Shown here: positions 1-9,314 of the stretch, piece by piece
Layout: each line of letters opens with the position of its first letter
Position numbering within the stretch: position 1 is the stretch's first letter
From: a virus
Taxonomy: Duplodnaviria > Heunggongvirae > Uroviricota > Caudoviricetes
Strand: one strand, 5' to 3'
IMG/VR virus record: IMGVR_UViG_3300000547_000001
Location: 28,181-92,180 of that record
DNA length: 64,000 nt
The notes under the pieces: model-generated
Told to the model about the DNA's origin: nothing
Database searches by the model: none
What the model saw: only the letters and a program-made list of their open reading frames with translations
Program-made: the position numbers and the translations under genes

Positions 1-1177
1 TAGAAAGACCACTGTTAAGATATACTTCAGAACCATCTCCTGCAATGATACCACCTGATGTTAAATAGAGATTACCGCCAGCAGAGTTGTATGTACGAGA
101 TCCAGAGTTTTTATGAAGCTCAGATTGTGTGTTTAAGAACATATTGCCAGTGGAATATCCACTTAATATACCATCAGATGTTAGAAACATATCAGAACCA
201 GACTTTAAGCTGAGATTATTGCCAGCATCAATCTTGATCTTTTGAGCTGATTTCAAATTAAAGTGTTCTGATGTTGCAGCAAGAGACATACGCTGTGCAC
301 CCATTTCAAAGCTTTCGCCAGCAGTTATACTCATCTTACCCCCAACATTGAGATTGTAATCACCTTTGACTGTATGATTCATATCACCGTTTACTTGAAG
401 AGTAACGTTCTTACATTCGAGTGCATATGCACCTTCAATATGAACTGTTCTAGAACCAGCAGTTGCTTCCATCATATGACCTTCACTGTAGTAGTGAGAA
501 TCGCCAAACGATTTAATCTTAATGTTACCACTAGAATCGATTTGCATATGAGAACCAGATTCATGAGATATTACAATGAACTCTTCATCTTCTGCAATTT
601 GGATATATGAGTTACTGTTACGGCTTTTCCATACCATATTTTTATGTGGCTCGGTTGCTGCCGGAACTCCAGGTTCTTCAATAGAAGGAGCAGAAGGAGT
701 ATTATCATCTTGCCCAGCGATTTGCTTTGCCGTTTGTGCAGAACCAAAAATCATCTTAGCTGCATTTTGTAAAACAAGCTGAGTTGTTTCAAGATCTTCA
801 CCAGCCATAATTTTACCAAGTGGAGGAATACCATACTGACGTAAAGCTTCAATAGAAAGATAGTCATCGGAGCTTCCTGTCCCACCTGGTAGCTCTAAGT
901 TTTGACCAGGAATAATACCAAGAACGATAGGATGTTGAGCATCTCTTCCATCAATAAAGCAACCAAATACCCAATCTCCTGGCGCAGGTGTATTCACACC
1001 ATAACCAAGATTCAGCACAGGAGCCCAAGGTAAATCTTCTGTAGGAACAAGATTTCTATCAGGTGAATGAATACCATAAGCTCGAACACGTACACGCCCT
1101 TGCTTGATAGCATCGTCATTTTTATCTACTGCTCCGACGTACCAAAGTACGTTATCAAATCCGTTAGATGAAATCAT
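1..1177 (-). CDS. gp5-like baseplate central spike, 5' part only (N-terminal OB-fold, linker, beta-helix repeats). No lysozyme domain. The gene continues beyond the window start.
   Basis: Hand translation of the minus strand from ATG (cat 1175-1177) gives MISSNGFDNVLWYVGAVDKNDDAIKQGRVRVRAYGIHSPDRNLVPTEDLPWAPV... This matches the T4 gp5 N-terminal OB domain (GRVRVRVYGLH...LPDEDLPWA). Downstream are VxGxxxxx beta-helix-like repeats. No T4L-like segment lies between them. The ORF is missing from the six-frame track because it has no stop inside the window. Confidence 0.75.
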   Translation of the reverse strand, partial: MISSNGFDNVLWYVGAVDKNDDAIKQGRVRVRAYGIHSPDRNLVPTEDLPWAPVLNLGYGVNTPAPGDWVFGCFIDGRDAQHPIVLGIIPGQNLELPGGTGSSDDYLSIEALRQYGIPPLGKIMAGEDLETTQLVLQNAAKMIFGSAQTAKQIAGQDDNTPSAPSIEEPGVPAATEPHKNMVWKSRNSNSYIQIAEDEEFIVISHESGSHMQIDSSGNIKIKSFGDSHYYSEGHMMEATAGSRTVHIEGAYALECKNVTLQVNGDMNHTVKGDYNLNVGGKMSITAGESFEMGAQRMSLAATSEHFNLKSAQKIKIDAGNNLSLKSGSDMFLTSDGILSGYSTGNMFLNTQSELHKNSGSRTYNSAGGNLYLTSGGIIAGDGSEVYLNSGLS

Positions 1178-3117
1178 TAACTATTCCTTCTCAATGTATC
1201 ATTATATGTTGCAATTGAATCCGCTCTTAGGTTTGAATACTGCCATGCTTCCCATGTTGGTCCAAGATGTGATAGCACTCGATTGTCTAGGCCATTTGCA
1301 GCAATATAAGAATCATATGTTGAGAACCCATCAAGTGCTCCATAAGACTGATATCTTTGCCTAATCAGCTTAAGTGCTGCTCTATCTTGATTCTCTGGTG
1401 TCATTGGAACGTTAACACCGTTATTCATATCCAACCATGTTCCGTAAGTAAACTGATATCTACCTGCAGCCGTACTTGTACCACCTGGTCCAATAGTATT
1501 TGGATGGGGTTTAGTAGTATCAAACGAAGATCCGCCATTAAGAACAGCATAGTCACCGTTTGACTCCCGAGCTGCAATTGCATTCAGTGTAGCCTTTTCT
1601 TCCGCAGTTAATCCTGCTGCTGCGGGATCAGTAGTAATTTGAGGTGTGCCAGTAGATAAAGTGCCTTCACCAGGTCCTCTAACATTTCCGGCGCCAGGTG
1701 CAGAAGTCCCACCACTCTCGGTATAAACACTTTCAGTTTGTGGACCATTTTCATAAGAATCTGCGCGTTCTGGTTGGCCATAAATACCGCTACGAGAAAT
1801 CATAAGCTCTTGTATAAACTGATCACCACGAAAAATGTTTTCAATTGATTCAATTACATAACGGCCTGATCTTTCAATATCTATTTCACGATCTTCTTGA
1901 TAGTTAATATCATACAATTTAAGTTCTATAAGATCACCAACTGTAATCTCATTTCTACCGTAAATGGTTACTTTAACCATTTCATTTTGATGATGATATA
2001 GATTGACATTCTTTTGATTATAAGCTTTTGGATAAAATGTATCAGGTCTTAAATAATCCGGATCAGAGAATGTTTGTTCAGGATTCTTGTAATCTTTGAA
2101 TACAAGAGTCTCAAGAGGATCATTCATATGTTCATCAACAAAATCTTTAGTATGTTTTGAACGAGTAGTATTATCACCGTCTGGATAACGATACTTTTGA
2201 TATTCATCAAGATGGCGGTATTCAGTATATAGTGGAGTACGATTTAAAAAGTCAAGTTCAGTGGTAAGCTTATAATAAGCGCCATTACTCATATCTTGAA
2301 TAGTATTAACATAGTTTGGATACTCGATATCAATGAGTGTCGACATCATTCGCAATTGACCATCTGGACTTTGATCAGCAAATTCTGATCTTACAAAAAT
2401 TGGAACTCCACCTTCTCGATCTAGCTCTCCGCTAAACAATTCATAATCGTCTATAACCCAGCCAATAGTGCCAAAGTAAAATCCATCTTTAGATTCAAAG
2501 AAACGATATGTTTGAGATGCATATAGTTCATTTCCAGATATGGCTTTGCGAGTAAAGAAATGCATAGTTTCTTCTGCAGTGTAGTTTGGCACTACAAGCT
2601 TTTGATCACCATCTGTTTCTTGTACAAAAAACTCTTTATCTGATTCAAAGTAATCATTAAATACCGTATTAGCAAATTGGCTAATTGGCGCGCCGCTAAA
2701 TGATCGGCGAATAGATACCCTATCCCCATAGAACTTTTCTTTTGAAACGAAAAAAATGTCATATTCATATACATTGTCTTTGTTTCCACTTGCAATCTTT
2801 ACATTTGATATTGCATACAAGAAAAACTTAAGTGTAATACTATTTTGAAAGAAGTCAGTAATCTTAATTTCGATCTCTTCTTCACCTTTTAACCATCCAT
2901 TTTTTTCGCCAATAAATTCATCAAGAACACGATCAGAATCAAATACCTTAGCAGTACCTTGGATATATCCAGTACTCATTGACTCGGAAAAACTCCAAGT
3001 GTGAATAAGTCTCCATATATCTTTACTGTTTTCAGGGGTAGGAGTTTCTCCAAGCTTATAGATCTTGAAAGAATTTAAAACATATTCCCCAGCTTTACGT
3101 TTAAACGATTCCGTCAT
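1177..3117 (-). CDS. gp27-like baseplate hub protein fused to a C-terminal lysozyme-like / lytic transglycosylase-like domain
   Basis: 646 aa, lying immediately upstream of and overlapping gp5 (ATGA overlap). The hub call rests on the N-terminal ~400 aa length being gp27-like (T4 gp27 is 391 aa) and on gene order. The C-terminus has an ESNGDY ... GRYQFTYGTW ... AANG pattern resembling the GH23/lysozyme-like E-S ... GLMQ ... AYNAG motifs. Confidence 0.5.
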   Translation of the reverse strand: MTESFKRKAGEYVLNSFKIYKLGETPTPENSKDIWRLIHTWSFSESMSTGYIQGTAKVFDSDRVLDEFIGEKNGWLKGEEEIEIKITDFFQNSITLKFFLYAISNVKIASGNKDNVYEYDIFFVSKEKFYGDRVSIRRSFSGAPISQFANTVFNDYFESDKEFFVQETDGDQKLVVPNYTAEETMHFFTRKAISGNELYASQTYRFFESKDGFYFGTIGWVIDDYELFSGELDREGGVPIFVRSEFADQSPDGQLRMMSTLIDIEYPNYVNTIQDMSNGAYYKLTTELDFLNRTPLYTEYRHLDEYQKYRYPDGDNTTRSKHTKDFVDEHMNDPLETLVFKDYKNPEQTFSDPDYLRPDTFYPKAYNQKNVNLYHHQNEMVKVTIYGRNEITVGDLIELKLYDINYQEDREIDIERSGRYVIESIENIFRGDQFIQELMISRSGIYGQPERADSYENGPQTESVYTESGGTSAPGAGNVRGPGEGTLSTGTPQITTDPAAAGLTAEEKATLNAIAARESNGDYAVLNGGSSFDTTKPHPNTIGPGGTSTAAGRYQFTYGTWLDMNNGVNVPMTPENQDRAALKLIRQRYQSYGALDGFSTYDSYIAANGLDNRVLSHLGPTWEAWQYSNLRADSIATYNDTLRRNS

Positions 3118-3667
3118 TCAATAAATCTTTCAATTGCTCTTCTGCTCTTTTAGCATACTTCTTATCAACCAATTCTATAGTTCTTCGGTCATCATTTAAA
3201 CGAGATTCATAATCATAATATCTTACTGCAGACCAATCACCTTCAACAAGATTTGGATCAAGTGTGTAAGTGTCTGGTGAAATAATATCACCTTCAGCAT
3301 TTGTGTAATGAATGATATTTTCGGTGATATTTGTATTTTGTGTCCAAGCAATAACTGCATCACCAGTTGTATTTGCTTGTGTTTGATACTTATCAATGAT
3401 ATATTTATCAAACTGTCTTGTGTTGAGTGGCCATTGGAAATATGGATCAATCATTCCAACTGACAAATAAACAAGCCAAGTATATCTTACACTATCATAG
3501 TAATAGTAAGCTATGTCTTCTGGTCTTTCTTCACTTTGAATGGTATATGGAAGAAATACGTATGGGTCATTTAAAATAGATTTACTAAAATCTACTCTTC
3601 TCGTAATATCTTTTACAAGCTCACCGGTGTGAGTGACATTAGGAAAGTTTTGAAAATATACAGCCAT
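3101..3667 (-). CDS. gp53-like baseplate wedge protein
   Basis: 188 aa (T4 gp53 is 196 aa). PEDIAYYYYDSVRYTWLVYL and DPYFQWPLNTRQFDKYIIDKYQ align with T4 gp53 PEELANAIYGNPQLYWVLLM and DPYYGWITSQEAAYQASIQKYK. Confidence 0.5.
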   Translation of the reverse strand: MAVYFQNFPNVTHTGELVKDITRRVDFSKSILNDPYVFLPYTIQSEERPEDIAYYYYDSVRYTWLVYLSVGMIDPYFQWPLNTRQFDKYIIDKYQTQANTTGDAVIAWTQNTNITENIIHYTNAEGDIISPDTYTLDPNLVEGDWSAVRYYDYESRLNDDRRTIELVDKKYAKRAEEQLKDLLNDGIV

Positions 3668-4596
3668 TAACGTGGTCCCTCACCTGATGTATTTGGATCA
3701 TAGTAACCATTATAAGGCGTGCTTCTATTGGCAGAGCTTGAACCTGATGTTCTGATTTGAGCTTCTTGGAATGTAAATGAAAGATTCACAATAGCTGGCT
3801 TACCACCCTCTACAAGAACATTTCCTTGTGGTGTATAATCAACAGTAAAGTTACTAATCATTCCAGGTCTTAGTTGTGGAAAGTATTCTTTTGCTACACC
3901 ATTGAGACGAATCTTTGCGATGTCTGGATATTTTAAAATAGCTCTTTCGAGGCCAGGCGCATCTCCAAATCCTACAGTTTTTGGTAGAATATGCGATTTA
4001 ATTTTCGCAATTATGTTTTTTAATAAATCAGATTCTTCAGCATTACGAGGTGCAAGTTGCCAACTAAATGTAAATTCCTTAAGACCAACACCATCAAAGT
4101 TAAGAGTTGTATGAGGGTTGATAGCTGTGCCTGTAGCTACATCAGCAGCAAGACTTAATTCGGGCGATAATGATAATAGATTTCGTGCAGCAAAACCAAG
4201 ATAATCAGAATATACACTAAAATTACCAGAAGCAATGTTATCAGCAACACTTGCACCAGCTTGTTGTGCACCTTTAAGTGCATTTGATATTTTTTGATCT
4301 AAGCCACCGTCTGTAGCAGAACTAAATGCTCCAACGGCGAAAGCTCCGCCAGAACCAAGTTGTCCTGCTCCGATATCAATACTATCAACGTCTACGAGTT
4401 GTTGAGGAAGAGGTAAAATAATTGCAGTTGTTGATCGACCAGATTGGTTTACACGCGAAAATGTTGCATTATAAGAATAACGCATAAAGTCTAATACTAA
4501 AGCGTTTGGACCTAAGTCTCTTGGAAAACGATACAAGCCGAAATTCGTATCTTCTCGTTTTGTTCTCATTTCGACTGCGACTGGGTTGGACGCCAT
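3667..4596 (-). CDS. gp48/gp54-like baseplate tail-tube initiator (gp19 tail-tube fold family)
   Basis: 309 aa. The N-terminal FPRDLGPNALVLDF resembles gp19 ARPNLFQVEI. The C-terminal ISNFTVDYTPQG...VNLSFTFQE resembles the gp54 C-terminus. A TATAAATA late promoter sits 38 nt upstream. Confidence 0.4.
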   Translation of the reverse strand: MASNPVAVEMRTKREDTNFGLYRFPRDLGPNALVLDFMRYSYNATFSRVNQSGRSTTAIILPLPQQLVDVDSIDIGAGQLGSGGAFAVGAFSSATDGGLDQKISNALKGAQQAGASVADNIASGNFSVYSDYLGFAARNLLSLSPELSLAADVATGTAINPHTTLNFDGVGLKEFTFSWQLAPRNAEESDLLKNIIAKIKSHILPKTVGFGDAPGLERAILKYPDIAKIRLNGVAKEYFPQLRPGMISNFTVDYTPQGNVLVEGGKPAIVNLSFTFQEAQIRTSGSSSANRSTPYNGYYDPNTSGEGPR

Positions 4597-4608
4597 ATTA
4601 ATGACCTC

Positions 4609-4616
4609 TATAAATA
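4609..4616 (+). promoter_or_regulatory. T4-type late promoter TATAAATA (plus strand) for the gp4 operon
   Basis: Exact TATAAATA about 39 nt upstream of the gp4 ATG at 4655. Divergent and partially interleaved with the minus-strand late promoter. Confidence 0.55.
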
Positions 4617-4633
4617 ATTGTTGAACTTATTTC

Positions 4634-4641
4634 TATTTATA
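4634..4641 (-). promoter_or_regulatory. T4-type late promoter TATAAATA (minus strand) for the baseplate operon beginning at 4596
   Basis: The plus-strand sequence tatttata is the reverse complement of TATAAATA, about 38 nt upstream of the ATG at 4596. Confidence 0.55.
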
Positions 4642-4654
4642 TTGAAAAGAAGAA

Positions 4655-5095
4655 ATGGCATATAAAGGCAGATTTAAACCAAAAAATCCCAAAAAGTATA
4701 TGGGTGATCCGACCAATATTATTTATCGGTCGAGATGGGAGCTATTGCTTATGTCGTACTGTGACCGTCATCCTCATGTTGTCCAATGGGCATCTGAAGA
4801 AGTCGTGATTCCATATCGTAGTCCTATAGATGGTCGCATCCACAGATACTTTCCTGATTTTCTAGTAAAGCGTATAAATAAAAAAGGAATAAAGGAAACA
4901 ATTCTAATAGAGGTAAAGCCCGAGTACCAAACAGTACCGCCTCAAGTACAAAGTAGTAAGACTCAAAGATACTTGAACGAAGTAAAAACATGGGGTGTTA
5001 ATGAAGCAAAGTGGAAAGCAGCTCGTGAGTATTGTAAAGATCGTGGTTGGAAATTCGAAATATTTACCGAAAAACATTTAGGACTTAAGAAGTAA
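4655..5095 (+). CDS. gp4-like head completion protein
   Basis: 146 aa. NPKKYMGDP...RSRWE...SEEVVIPYRSPIDGRIHRYFPDF matches the T4 gp4 pattern (NPKKY.GDP...SEE.VIPY.P.DG..HRYFPDF). Confidence 0.6.
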   Translation: MAYKGRFKPKNPKKYMGDPTNIIYRSRWELLLMSYCDRHPHVVQWASEEVVIPYRSPIDGRIHRYFPDFLVKRINKKGIKETILIEVKPEYQTVPPQVQSSKTQRYLNEVKTWGVNEAKWKAAREYCKDRGWKFEIFTEKHLGLKK

Positions 5096-5682
5096 TGGCA
5101 ATTCTTTTCGACGAAATTCTTACTAAAGGTGTTCGAGCAGGACAAATACCTGCACGCGAACAAAAAGCACGTGAGTGGTATCGTGACGTCGCAAAAGATT
5201 TTCGAAAAGTAAATGAATCCGAATTAATGCGCGGTGATAAGTCAAGACTTACTGCACAGCCACAGGTTGGTTCGATGTACATGTTTTATTATGATGCTAA
5301 ACACAAAGATACATTGCCATATTGGGATAGATTCCCATTAATTTTTCCATTTAAGAAAGTACAGGGCGGGTTTCTTGGAATCAATCTCCATTATCTTCCA
5401 CATCCTCTCCGTGCTAAACTTATGGATTCACTATATGATCTTACAACAAATGAAAGATACGACGAAAGAACAAAATTGAAACTCAGCTATGATGTATTGA
5501 ACAGTGCAAGTCGTTTTAGATACTTTAAGCCATGTGTCAAACATTATCTTACAGGCCAACTCAAAAGTCGTTTTCTTTATGTATATCCATCTGAGTGGGA
5601 TATTGCTATGTTCCTTCCCCTCGAAAGATTTGAAGGCGCGGGAAAACGCAAGGTTTGGTCAGATTCAAGGAAAGCAATCTAA
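5095..5682 (+). CDS. hypothetical virion/baseplate-module protein
   Basis: 195 aa ORF translationally coupled to gp4 (ATGG overlap) and to the next gene (TAATG). No motif recognised. Confidence 0.35.
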   Translation: MAILFDEILTKGVRAGQIPAREQKAREWYRDVAKDFRKVNESELMRGDKSRLTAQPQVGSMYMFYYDAKHKDTLPYWDRFPLIFPFKKVQGGFLGINLHYLPHPLRAKLMDSLYDLTTNERYDERTKLKLSYDVLNSASRFRYFKPCVKHYLTGQLKSRFLYVYPSEWDIAMFLPLERFEGAGKRKVWSDSRKAI

Positions 5683-6458
5683 TGTCGTTCAATATCTCAG
5701 AGTTTAGTTCTAAGCTAAATAAGTATGGACTTTCAAGAGACAACTTATTTCTTGTCACTATCACACCACCTGATCTTGGTGTTGATATGCCTGCACAAGA
5801 CTTAAGATTCTTTTGCAATAGCGTTAACCTTCCGGCTCTTTCAATATCTGTTGCAGAAGTACAGACACAGGGATATGGTCTAGCTGAAAAGCGACCAACC
5901 GGCTTACCACTTGACAATCTCAACACAGTATTTATGGTTGATTCTACTTATCGCGTAAAAGAATTCTTCCATCGTTGGGCTCAGAGCATCGTAAACTATG
6001 ACAATAATCGTGGATATAACTATGAATATAATCGTATGCTTCCTTATGAAACAGCATACAAAGATAGTTATGTTGGAACGATTGAAATCATTGTTTATTC
6101 TTATAATGAACGTGATATCAAATACGTATACAAATTTGGTAATGCGTACCCTGTCGCTCTTGGAGAGATTACCACATCATGGGAAAATAATGACAGTGTT
6201 ATGGTGATGCCAGTACAGTTTGCATACGATAAGTATCAAGTAGACGGGCTAGGTCAATCAGTAAAATCCAATCGTATCAATTCCAGCCGAGGCTTCGGCG
6301 GCGGTGGTGTAGGTGGTTTTGTTACATCACTTGGAAACTTTGGTCAAGCACTTGATGCAATTGGTATTGATACACCAATTCAAGATATCGTAAATCAGTA
6401 TTCATCAGTAGCAAGCCGTATTAATAGCGGACTTGAAGCTGTAAGAGGAATTTTCTAA
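5682..6458 (+). CDS. gp48/gp54-like tail-tube-family protein (gp19 fold)
   Basis: Likely start is ATG 5682 (MSFNISEF...). RDNLFLVTITPP resembles T4 gp19 RPNLFQVEISYL. About 258 aa. Confidence 0.4.
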   Translation: MSFNISEFSSKLNKYGLSRDNLFLVTITPPDLGVDMPAQDLRFFCNSVNLPALSISVAEVQTQGYGLAEKRPTGLPLDNLNTVFMVDSTYRVKEFFHRWAQSIVNYDNNRGYNYEYNRMLPYETAYKDSYVGTIEIIVYSYNERDIKYVYKFGNAYPVALGEITTSWENNDSVMVMPVQFAYDKYQVDGLGQSVKSNRINSSRGFGGGGVGGFVTSLGNFGQALDAIGIDTPIQDIVNQYSSVASRINSGLEAVRGIF

Positions 6459-6476
6459 ACAATATGGAGTTACACA

Positions 6477-7181
6477 ATGGGTTTACCTAAAATTCAACAA
6501 CCGCTTTTTGAACTGACAGTACCATCAACAGAGAAAAAAGTAAAGTACAGACCCTTTACGGTTAAAGAGGAGAAGATCCTTTTAATTGCTCAAGAGTCTA
6601 AGGACATTGATCAAGTGATTCTTGCTATCAAACAGATTATAGGTAATTGCGTTGAAGATGTTGATGTAGATACACTTGCAATGTTTGATCTTGAATATAT
6701 GTTGATCAACATCCGTGCCAAATCTGTAAGCAACGAAATTGAGTTTGCGATTAAAGATCCTGACACTGATGAACGTATTGAAATGGCTTTAAATATTGAA
6801 GATATTCAAATTAAGCGAGATCCGAAACATAATAAACTCGTAAAGATCAATGATGATATTACTCTTGAAATGGCCTATCCAAGAATTGATCAACTTAAGA
6901 GTATTGCAGAAGTAAATGAGAAAGATCGTGAAGTTGTATTGTTTGATATGATGATGGGTTGCATTAATTCAGTTGTACAAGGTGATCAAATTTACAAGCT
7001 TAAAGACTTTAGTGAACAAGAGGTTGAAGAGTTTATCGGAAGTCTTTCATCGTCTAACATATCAGATATTAAAACATTCTTTGACACTATGCCGGTTCTT
7101 CGTTATGAAAAGAAATATAAGCTTAAAGACGGAACAGAAAAGACATTTGTCGCGGAGGGTACAGAGACTTTTTTTATCTAG
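6477..7181 (+). CDS. hypothetical baseplate-hub module protein (positional)
   Basis: 234 aa ORF between the tail-tube-like gene and gp29. An RBS-like GGAG lies upstream. Confidence 0.35.
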   Translation: MGLPKIQQPLFELTVPSTEKKVKYRPFTVKEEKILLIAQESKDIDQVILAIKQIIGNCVEDVDVDTLAMFDLEYMLINIRAKSVSNEIEFAIKDPDTDERIEMALNIEDIQIKRDPKHNKLVKINDDITLEMAYPRIDQLKSIAEVNEKDREVVLFDMMMGCINSVVQGDQIYKLKDFSEQEVEEFIGSLSSSNISDIKTFFDTMPVLRYEKKYKLKDGTEKTFVAEGTETFFI

Positions 7182-7359
7182 CGCTGAGCCATACGAGCCT
7201 TCATGTTTATTATAAGAACGTTTTTGCTTTGGCTCAGCATCATAAATATCAAATAAGTGAGATAGAAAATCTGTTACCATTTGAACGAGACATTTATGTG
7301 GATATGCTTCTGGCATATATTGAAGAACAAAAAGAAAAGAATAAGTAGAGAGAAGTCAT

Positions 7360-8895
7360 ATGGCTCTAGAGCAAACAATAGAAAAATTCTCGGGTGTACT
7401 TAAATCCATCGAAATGAATGTGCTTAAGCAAGCGAGTTTTGCTGAGTCGCTTTATAATGAGAAACCACTTGAAAATCTAGAGCAACAAAAACAAACATCT
7501 TTACTTCAACGTCTTGTCGGTATTCAATCCGAAGAATTAAAGGTTTTGAAAGAAGGCCGTAAAAGAGCTCGAGGTGAAGAGCGTCTTACTGATATACCAA
7601 ATAAAACACGACCTACTGATGAATCTGGTAAACCTGTAACATTCGGTGGTGCTGTTGGCGCCGACGTAATAGGTGATGCGATTGTTGGTGTACTTGGTGC
7701 TATATCTTTAGGAGGTATCCTTAAAACTGCTGCACTAGCAATTGCTGCACCATTTGCTTATAAATTTGTTGAGGGCTTTTTCGGAGAATTTGGTCTAAAC
7801 GGCATTGAAGCTGCTGGTGTTACCCTTGGTGGATTAATTGCTTTAAAGACTACAAAAAGTCTAATAAAGGATGTTCTTGCAAAAGACACCACAAAAAAAT
7901 TCATGCGGGGTTTTCTTGGTAAAGCTGGAATTGCTACAGGAATAGGTATTATTGGATCTCTTATAGGCAATGCAGTAGGAGATGCATTTGAAAATCCAGA
8001 ATTAGGTGACGATATATCACAAGTTGCTAATATAGCTGCATTAGGATCGTTCTTTGGTATTAAAGGTCTTATTATTGGGGCAGTTGCTGGGCTAGCATTA
8101 ACATTAGGCCAAAAGCTTTTAGACTGGTTTAATAACCAAGACAAAAAATATCGAGACAAATTAGATGAAAAGCTAGCAGCAAATATGGCGGAAGCTGATA
8201 AAGCATTTGAAGAAGGTGATTATGAAACTGCGTCTAAGTTATCGGCAGAAAATTTAGCTAGAACAGATCAAGAATTAAAAAATAATGAGCAAAGGCTAGG
8301 TGTTGAAGCCCGAGAAAGTGTTAAACGAGCTAAAGAAGAGGCATTAACAAAATTAGAAGATCTTGCTAAAGAAGGAAAAGCAAGACCAGCTGATATTCAA
8401 TTAGCAGCTACTAAGAGACTAGAAGCAAGTGATAAGACTGTAGAAGATTATGAAAACTATATAAAGCTTATGTCACAGGCATTTAAACAGCGTGAGCCTG
8501 AAGTGAATATGTATGATATTGTCAAAACAGTTCGAGTTCCTGTAGGCTTAGGCGCCAAACCTCAAAATATTGAAAAAGCAAGACAAAATGTTTTAACAGA
8601 AATTTCTACAAAACAAGAAATGACTTATGGTACTCCATTACAAATTCCTTCTACTGGAATGTTTTGGTGGAAAAAACAAAATATGGAAGAGCTAATGCCA
8701 CCTTTAGCCCAAAAGACTGAAGCTCTATCACAAGGCTCTACTGCGATGGCTGCAGCTGGTTCGCCTGTTGTTATTAAAGGCGGTGATCGTGTTACTGGCG
8801 GATCAACCTATAATGATAATAAGACTATTACACAGGTAACTAATATCATTGATCCAACTCAGGCATTGAACTTTAACGCAGCTCAAGCAAGATAA
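7360..8895 (+). CDS. gp29-like baseplate hub / tail tape-measure protein
   Basis: 511 aa. A central Gly/Ala/Ile-rich hydrophobic repeat block (GGAVGADVIGDAIVGVLGAISLGG ... GIATGIGIIGSLIGNAVG) is followed by a coiled-coil region, typical of tape-measure proteins. Lies at the end of the structural operon and is followed by a terminator. Confidence 0.45.
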   Translation: MALEQTIEKFSGVLKSIEMNVLKQASFAESLYNEKPLENLEQQKQTSLLQRLVGIQSEELKVLKEGRKRARGEERLTDIPNKTRPTDESGKPVTFGGAVGADVIGDAIVGVLGAISLGGILKTAALAIAAPFAYKFVEGFFGEFGLNGIEAAGVTLGGLIALKTTKSLIKDVLAKDTTKKFMRGFLGKAGIATGIGIIGSLIGNAVGDAFENPELGDDISQVANIAALGSFFGIKGLIIGAVAGLALTLGQKLLDWFNNQDKKYRDKLDEKLAANMAEADKAFEEGDYETASKLSAENLARTDQELKNNEQRLGVEARESVKRAKEEALTKLEDLAKEGKARPADIQLAATKRLEASDKTVEDYENYIKLMSQAFKQREPEVNMYDIVKTVRVPVGLGAKPQNIEKARQNVLTEISTKQEMTYGTPLQIPSTGMFWWKKQNMEELMPPLAQKTEALSQGSTAMAAAGSPVVIKGGDRVTGGSTYNDNKTITQVTNIIDPTQALNFNAAQAR

Positions 8896-8925
8896 AAAAG
8901 GGGCTCCTTAGAGCCCCGAAATAAA
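8895..8925. terminator. bidirectional rho-independent terminator hairpin
   Basis: AAAAAAGGGGCTC-CTTA-GAGCCCC, a 7-bp GC stem with an A-tract before and T/A run after, between convergent genes. Confidence 0.6.
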
Positions 8926-9267
8926 TCCTTCAAGAAATGCGAACCAAAGTGGTGATGTTAGAATTAAGATAATCCAAAAGACCCAATTATTGTTTGCTGA
9001 GTTTTCTGACCGAACTTTACCATAACAATTACCACAGAGCCATACTTTACGTTTACGATAGTAAGTACGCTGATTGTTATTAAAGACCGTATCGACTACT
9101 GATCGAGCACTCTTTTTATTTCCAAATACCAACCATCCAGTAACAGTTGATCCAGAAACACCTTTCTTCGATCTTCCAGACTCTGCGTAGATTTCTTTCT
9201 GACGCATATTTGGTTGAATGTCACGAAGTCCACAGTTTACACAAGTTCTTTTAGTATATTGTGCCAT
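8908..9267 (-). CDS. hypothetical zinc-ribbon protein with C-terminal transmembrane helix
   Basis: 119 aa. CVNCG...CGNC Cys pairs and a C-terminal WVFWIILILTSPLWFAFL hydrophobic segment. Confidence 0.4.
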   Translation of the reverse strand: MAQYTKRTCVNCGLRDIQPNMRQKEIYAESGRSKKGVSGSTVTGWLVFGNKKSARSVVDTVFNNNQRTYYRKRKVWLCGNCYGKVRSENSANNNWVFWIILILTSPLWFAFLEGFISGL

Positions 9268-9282
9268 GATATAATCCTTTGA

Positions 9283-9310
9283 AAGGGGAGGAGCCGAAGC
9301 CCCTCCCGAT
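9283..9310 (-). terminator. rho-independent terminator downstream of gene 32
   Basis: Minus strand GGGAGGGGCTTCGGCTCCTCCCC followed by TTTC. Shares a GCCGAAGC core with the hairpin at 14362-14390. Confidence 0.5.
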
Positions 9311-9314
9311 AGGT

